The notes under the pieces were generated by a model. The model had not been told where the DNA came from. It made no database searches and was given only the letters and a program-made list of their open reading frames with translations. From contig CAYLOA010000005.1 of NCBI GenBank assembly GCA_964385185.1, positions 1 through 61,655 of the forward strand: 61,655 nt of DNA. The letters are read 5' to 3'. Position 1 is the stretch's first letter; every line of letters begins with the position of its first letter. Positions 57,900 to 61,655 of the stretch are shown one piece after another. A program made the translations under genes and the position numbers. The DNA comes from an uncultured Methanosarcinales archaeon. Lineage in GTDB: Archaea; Nanobdellota; Nanobdellia; Woesearchaeales; CALCXY01.

Positions 57900-59104
57900 T
57901 GAAACTAGATAAAGCTACAGTTGATAAGATAAAAAAGGATTTTCCTATTTTGAAGAATGTAGTATATCTAGATAATGCGGCAACAACTCAAAAACCAAAA
58001 GCAGTAATCAAAAGAATTACAGATTACTATGAAAAGGAAAATGCAAATATCCACCGAGGAGTCTACAAACTATCTCAAAATGCTACAAAGGCATATGAAG
58101 ATGCGCATAAAACTGTTGCCAATTTTATCAACGCAACACAGGAAGAAATTATCTTTACAAGTGGAACTACAGAATCATTAAATCTTCTTGCATACTCACT
58201 CCAAAAGAATATTAGCAAAGGAGATGAAATACTATTAACAGAATTAGAACATCATTCAAACCTTGTACCTTGGCAACAACTAGCTAAACGAACAGGTGCA
58301 ATTCTAAAATTCATCCCTATTAAAAAAGATTTTACTCTAGATTACAAAGAAGCAGAAAAACTTATTACAGAAAAAACAAAGATTCTTTCAGTAGTCCATG
58401 TTTCCAACGCTACCGGAACAGTAAACGATGTAGAAAAACTATGTAGTCTAGCAAAGAAACAAGATGCTATCACAATTATTGATGGTGCACAATCTGCACC
58501 TCATATGAAAATAGACGTAAAAAAATTAGACTGTGACTTTTTTGCCTTTTCAGGTCATAAACTCTTAGGCCCAACAGGAATAGGAGTTTTGTTTGGAAAG
58601 AAAGAGCTCCTTGAAAAAATGGAGCCCTTTAATTTCGGTGGAGACATGATTCGATCAGTAACACCTGAAAAAGCAACTTGGAACGATCTTCCTTGGAAGT
58701 TTGAAGCAGGTACTCCAAACATTGTAGGAGGAATTGCATTGGCAACAGCTATTGAATACCTTAACAAAATAGGATTAGACAATATTGAAGCGTATGAGCA
58801 AGAATTACGAGCATATGCTCTAGAAAAGATGAAAGGATTAAATCTTACCTTATTTATTCCTAAAGAAGGGGCAGGAATTATTTCATTTAACTTAAACAAA
58901 GTTCATGCCCATGATGTAGCATCCATACTAGATGATGATACTGTTTGTATACGTGGAGGTCATCACTGTGTTATGCCTTTAATGACTAAATTAGGAATTG
59001 CAGGAACATCAAGAGCATCATTCTACTTTTACAATACAACAGAAGATATCGACACCTTTGTTGCAGGATTACACAAAGCGGAGGACATATTTAATGGAAA
59101 ATAG
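57899..59104 (+). CDS. sufS: cysteine desulfurase SufS
   Basis: YLDNAATTQKP, EHHSN.VPW, FSGHK, FEAGTP, RGGHHC, RASFY.YN; TAATG overlap start. Confidence 0.95.
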   Translation: MKLDKATVDKIKKDFPILKNVVYLDNAATTQKPKAVIKRITDYYEKENANIHRGVYKLSQNATKAYEDAHKTVANFINATQEEIIFTSGTTESLNLLAYSLQKNISKGDEILLTELEHHSNLVPWQQLAKRTGAILKFIPIKKDFTLDYKEAEKLITEKTKILSVVHVSNATGTVNDVEKLCSLAKKQDAITIIDGAQSAPHMKIDVKKLDCDFFAFSGHKLLGPTGIGVLFGKKELLEKMEPFNFGGDMIRSVTPEKATWNDLPWKFEAGTPNIVGGIALATAIEYLNKIGLDNIEAYEQELRAYALEKMKGLNLTLFIPKEGAGIISFNLNKVHAHDVASILDDDTVCIRGGHHCVMPLMTKLGIAGTSRASFYFYNTTEDIDTFVAGLHKAEDIFNGK

Positions 59105-59504
59105 AGAGATGTATCAGGAGCATGTCCTTGATCACTATCGAGAGCCTCAAAATTTTGGTAATCTAAAATCTCCAACCCACAAATCTCATAGCTTTAATCC
59201 TATTTGTGGTGATGATGTAACTATTACCCTAGAAATAAAAGATGATAAAGTTGAAGACGTTAAATTTGATGGAAAAGGGTGTGCAATTAGTATAGCAGCT
59301 GCCTCCTTAGTTACTGACGCTATTAAAGGAAAAACCTTAAAAGAAGTCATGAAAATCAATACAAAAGATATTTTAGAAATGCTGGGCATTGAAGTCTCAG
59401 CCCCCAGAATTAAATGCGCGCTTATAGCATTAGAAACGATTCATAATGCGATTAAAAATAAAGAGGATAACATAATTGGAGATGATTCATATGAAACTAC
59501 TTGA
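59094..59504 (+). CDS. sufU: SufU/NifU-like scaffold
   Basis: NPICGD, GCAISIAAAS, RIKCA. Confidence 0.92.
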   Translation: MENREMYQEHVLDHYREPQNFGNLKSPTHKSHSFNPICGDDVTITLEIKDDKVEDVKFDGKGCAISIAAASLVTDAIKGKTLKEVMKINTKDILEMLGIEVSAPRIKCALIALETIHNAIKNKEDNIIGDDSYETT

Positions 59505-60228
59505 AATAAAAGACTTACACGTAAGTATTGAAGGAAAGGAAATCCTAAATGGATTATCTATGGAGATTGAACTAGGAAAGATCAATGCTTTAATGGGACC
59601 AAATGGTTCAGGAAAGTCCACTTTGGCAAATGTCTTAATGGGAAATCCAAAATATGAAGTGACCCAAGGTAAAATTCTCTACAATGGTAAAGACATCACG
59701 GAATTAGAACAGGATGAGAGAGCTAAAGCAGGATTATTTTTATCATTTCAATATCCTCAAGAGATTCAAGGAGTTACTATTGCAAATTTCTTAAGAACTG
59801 CTTTGAATGGAATCAAAGGAGAAAAAGTTCCTGTTATGGAATTTAAGAAATTACTCGATGAAAAGATGGCATCACTTAACATGGACCCTAAATTTGGTTT
59901 ACGATATCTCAATGCAGGATTTTCCGGTGGAGAGAAGAAGAAAGCTGAAATTCTACAATTAGCTGTCTTAGATCCTCAACTAGCAATCTTAGATGAAACT
60001 GATTCCGGATTGGATATAGATGCCCTAAAAGCAGTCTCAGAAGGTGTTAATCAATTTATGAATAAAGATAAGTGTATATTGATTATTACTCACTATAAAC
60101 GAATCTTAGAATTTATCAAACCTGATAAATTGTTCATCATGTTAGAAGGTAAGATTGCCCTAGAAGGTAAAGGTGACCTTGTTGATCAACTAGAAGCGAA
60201 AGGCTATGGCTGGATAGAACAGGATTAA
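59491..60228 (+). CDS. sufC: Fe-S assembly ATPase SufC
   Basis: GPNGSGKSTL, FQYP.EI.GV, GFSGGEKK, ILDETDSGLDIDAL. Confidence 0.95.
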   Translation: MKLLEIKDLHVSIEGKEILNGLSMEIELGKINALMGPNGSGKSTLANVLMGNPKYEVTQGKILYNGKDITELEQDERAKAGLFLSFQYPQEIQGVTIANFLRTALNGIKGEKVPVMEFKKLLDEKMASLNMDPKFGLRYLNAGFSGGEKKKAEILQLAVLDPQLAILDETDSGLDIDALKAVSEGVNQFMNKDKCILIITHYKRILEFIKPDKLFIMLEGKIALEGKGDLVDQLEAKGYGWIEQD

Positions 60229-61199
60229 TTCCTCCCTCTCCTTCTAATAAACAGAGCTTTGACTTTTCTGCCAGGGTAAGTCACAATTTTACCAATATGT
60301 TGAACAGTGTCTCCTCCAAGATGATAAATTGCCTTGACAGGTTGAGCTGAAAGAGGATTTCCTGTAAATGTAAAATCAATACTCACCCCATCACTTTTGG
60401 GCGTAAATTTTAATTTGGCATCAAATCTACCTTCTCTATCAACTTCTTGAAATCCAAGAATGGGGTCTCCTATAAATTTAAATGGCACTGGCATTCTATC
60501 ATAAAATCCTATCAAAGATTCTTTGATCACACCAAATTTCTCACTAGGTCCATTATCAAAATAGTAAGATTGCTCAAAGCCATTTACTCCTTGGAATGTA
60601 ACTCCTTCATCCACCATTTTAGTACCATCCTCATTATGTAACCGGAACTTTTCGAAGCTATCATCATACTGGATATTGATATCCTCTTTTTTATCTACAC
60701 CCTCTCCAATACTAATGGTATCACCTAAAGTGATGTCCACATCAGTACCCGATATTTCCATGGTTCCACCAATCGTAACTAAATTACTCGTCACCACACC
60801 CTCCTCATAATCGATCATGCCTTTAATCGCATGTTCATCCAAATCTCCCTGATAATCTGCATCATCCATACCTGTAATCACTCCATCTGTGATGATAATT
60901 TCTTTGGCAGAAGTAAATGTATGAGTATTTCCTTTAGCATCAGTAACCCTACCACTCTCAATTGACATACTACCTGAGGTAGAACTGGTTATATACACAG
61001 ATCCTCCATAAAGCACAACATTTCCTTGCAATGAATCAATAGATGCATCTCCTGTAATATATGCAGTATCACCTTCCATATATGCTCCATCTTCAGTCGT
61101 AATTCCATAATTGGATTTTAAGTCATCACGTTCGTTGTCATCAAGAGATCCACAAACTAATGGAATAATTAACAACAGCAATAGAATATGAAACTTCAT
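60225..61199 (-). CDS. secreted acidic beta-rich hypothetical protein
   Basis: ATG 61199; signal peptide MKFHILLLLLIIPLVCG; D/G/T-rich beta-strand body. Confidence 0.65.
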   Translation of the reverse strand: MKFHILLLLLIIPLVCGSLDDNERDDLKSNYGITTEDGAYMEGDTAYITGDASIDSLQGNVVLYGGSVYITSSTSGSMSIESGRVTDAKGNTHTFTSAKEIIITDGVITGMDDADYQGDLDEHAIKGMIDYEEGVVTSNLVTIGGTMEISGTDVDITLGDTISIGEGVDKKEDINIQYDDSFEKFRLHNEDGTKMVDEGVTFQGVNGFEQSYYFDNGPSEKFGVIKESLIGFYDRMPVPFKFIGDPILGFQEVDREGRFDAKLKFTPKSDGVSIDFTFTGNPLSAQPVKAIYHLGGDTVQHIGKIVTYPGRKVKALFIRRRGRN

Positions 61200-61654
61200 A
61201 CTTCTGCCTCCCAATCATATTTCAATCCAAAACTGTAGGTATACGATTCATCTTCAAAGTGTAATGTCAATATAACTGTATTGTCATCAAGTTGATCATA
61301 GATATAGACAAAATCTCTCTCTCCAGCTAAAGCCGTAACAAAACTAACAGGGAATTCATTTCCCACTCTTTCTTGTTCAGCCATAAAGATATGCATCGTA
61401 TCAAAGTAGTATCTAAATGGAATGGTGACACTCGTGTGAAATTCAGTAAGGGTAGTAATGGCAGAATCTTGTGTAATCGTTACAGGGAAATTGAGCAATA
61501 GCTCAACAGAATCTGTACCTATGTGTACATCAGGACGCATAACACCTTGTTCTATAGTTACGCCAGGGGGAAATCCCTCAAAGTTCCCAATGCACTCAGG
61601 AAGCATTTCATGAATATATTGTTCCAAGTTGATTTCTATAATTTCAATACTAGG
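61196..61654 (-). CDS. hypothetical protein (5' end outside window)
   Basis: Frame is open to the window edge; stop overlaps the next ATG. Confidence 0.6.
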   Translation of the reverse strand, partial: PSIEIIEINLEQYIHEMLPECIGNFEGFPPGVTIEQGVMRPDVHIGTDSVELLLNFPVTITQDSAITTLTEFHTSVTIPFRYYFDTMHIFMAEQERVGNEFPVSFVTALAGERDFVYIYDQLDDNTVILTLHFEDESYTYSFGLKYDWEAEV

Positions 61655-61655
61655 C

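Noticed and set aside
127-60641. Numerous short antisense or overlapping ORFs in the track (e.g. 6346-6831, 13596-14000, 43791-44231)
   Set aside because: They are shadows of well-supported genes on the opposite strand and show no motifs.
1-61655. Genome-wide Phe-to-Ser codon reassignment implied by the GAA tRNA
   Set aside because: TTT/TTC codons occupy conserved Phe positions (e.g. Sod RFGSGW, Lon DPFQ), so at most low-level mistranslation is tenable.

Overview
A 61.7-kb AT-rich archaeal chromosomal window. The archaeal markers (Rpl35Ae, LonB, Kae1, Dph2, Tyw1, CTP-dependent RibK, a small histone) sit alongside bacterial-type genes (two Lgt, full SufBDTSUC, MutY-like, fatty-acid desaturase) and many ORFans, which points to a DPANN, probably Woesearchaeota-like, organism (inference). 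Three things stand out. (1) A family of GC-rich hairpins in two intergenic regions 15 kb apart (8828-8944 and 24073-24165) shares an ACA triloop, fixed bulges and compensatory stem changes, and the copies are arranged as inverted units like bacterial REP/BIME elements. (2) A tRNA gene (4937-5048, minus strand) has a serine-type body, a GAA (Phe) anticodon and a BHB intron in the T-loop. (3) At least nine abruptly cut gene relics are present (DUF3179 twice, ccdA, gdhA, a dsbA paralog, a PEP-utiliser, purL/purQ, Bro-N, msrA), plus a frameshifted desaturase, which looks like deletion-driven gene loss in progress. Also present: a three-gene ATP-citrate-lyase-like set, an Lgt-thioredoxin fusion, a liv operon lacking its binding protein, two paralogous RelE-type toxin-antitoxin pairs, and small genes missed by the ORF track (histone, TFIIB zinc ribbon, Cys/His zinc finger). 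I saw no CRISPR array, rRNA, transposase or integrase. All family assignments come from motif recognition by eye; no database searches were run.
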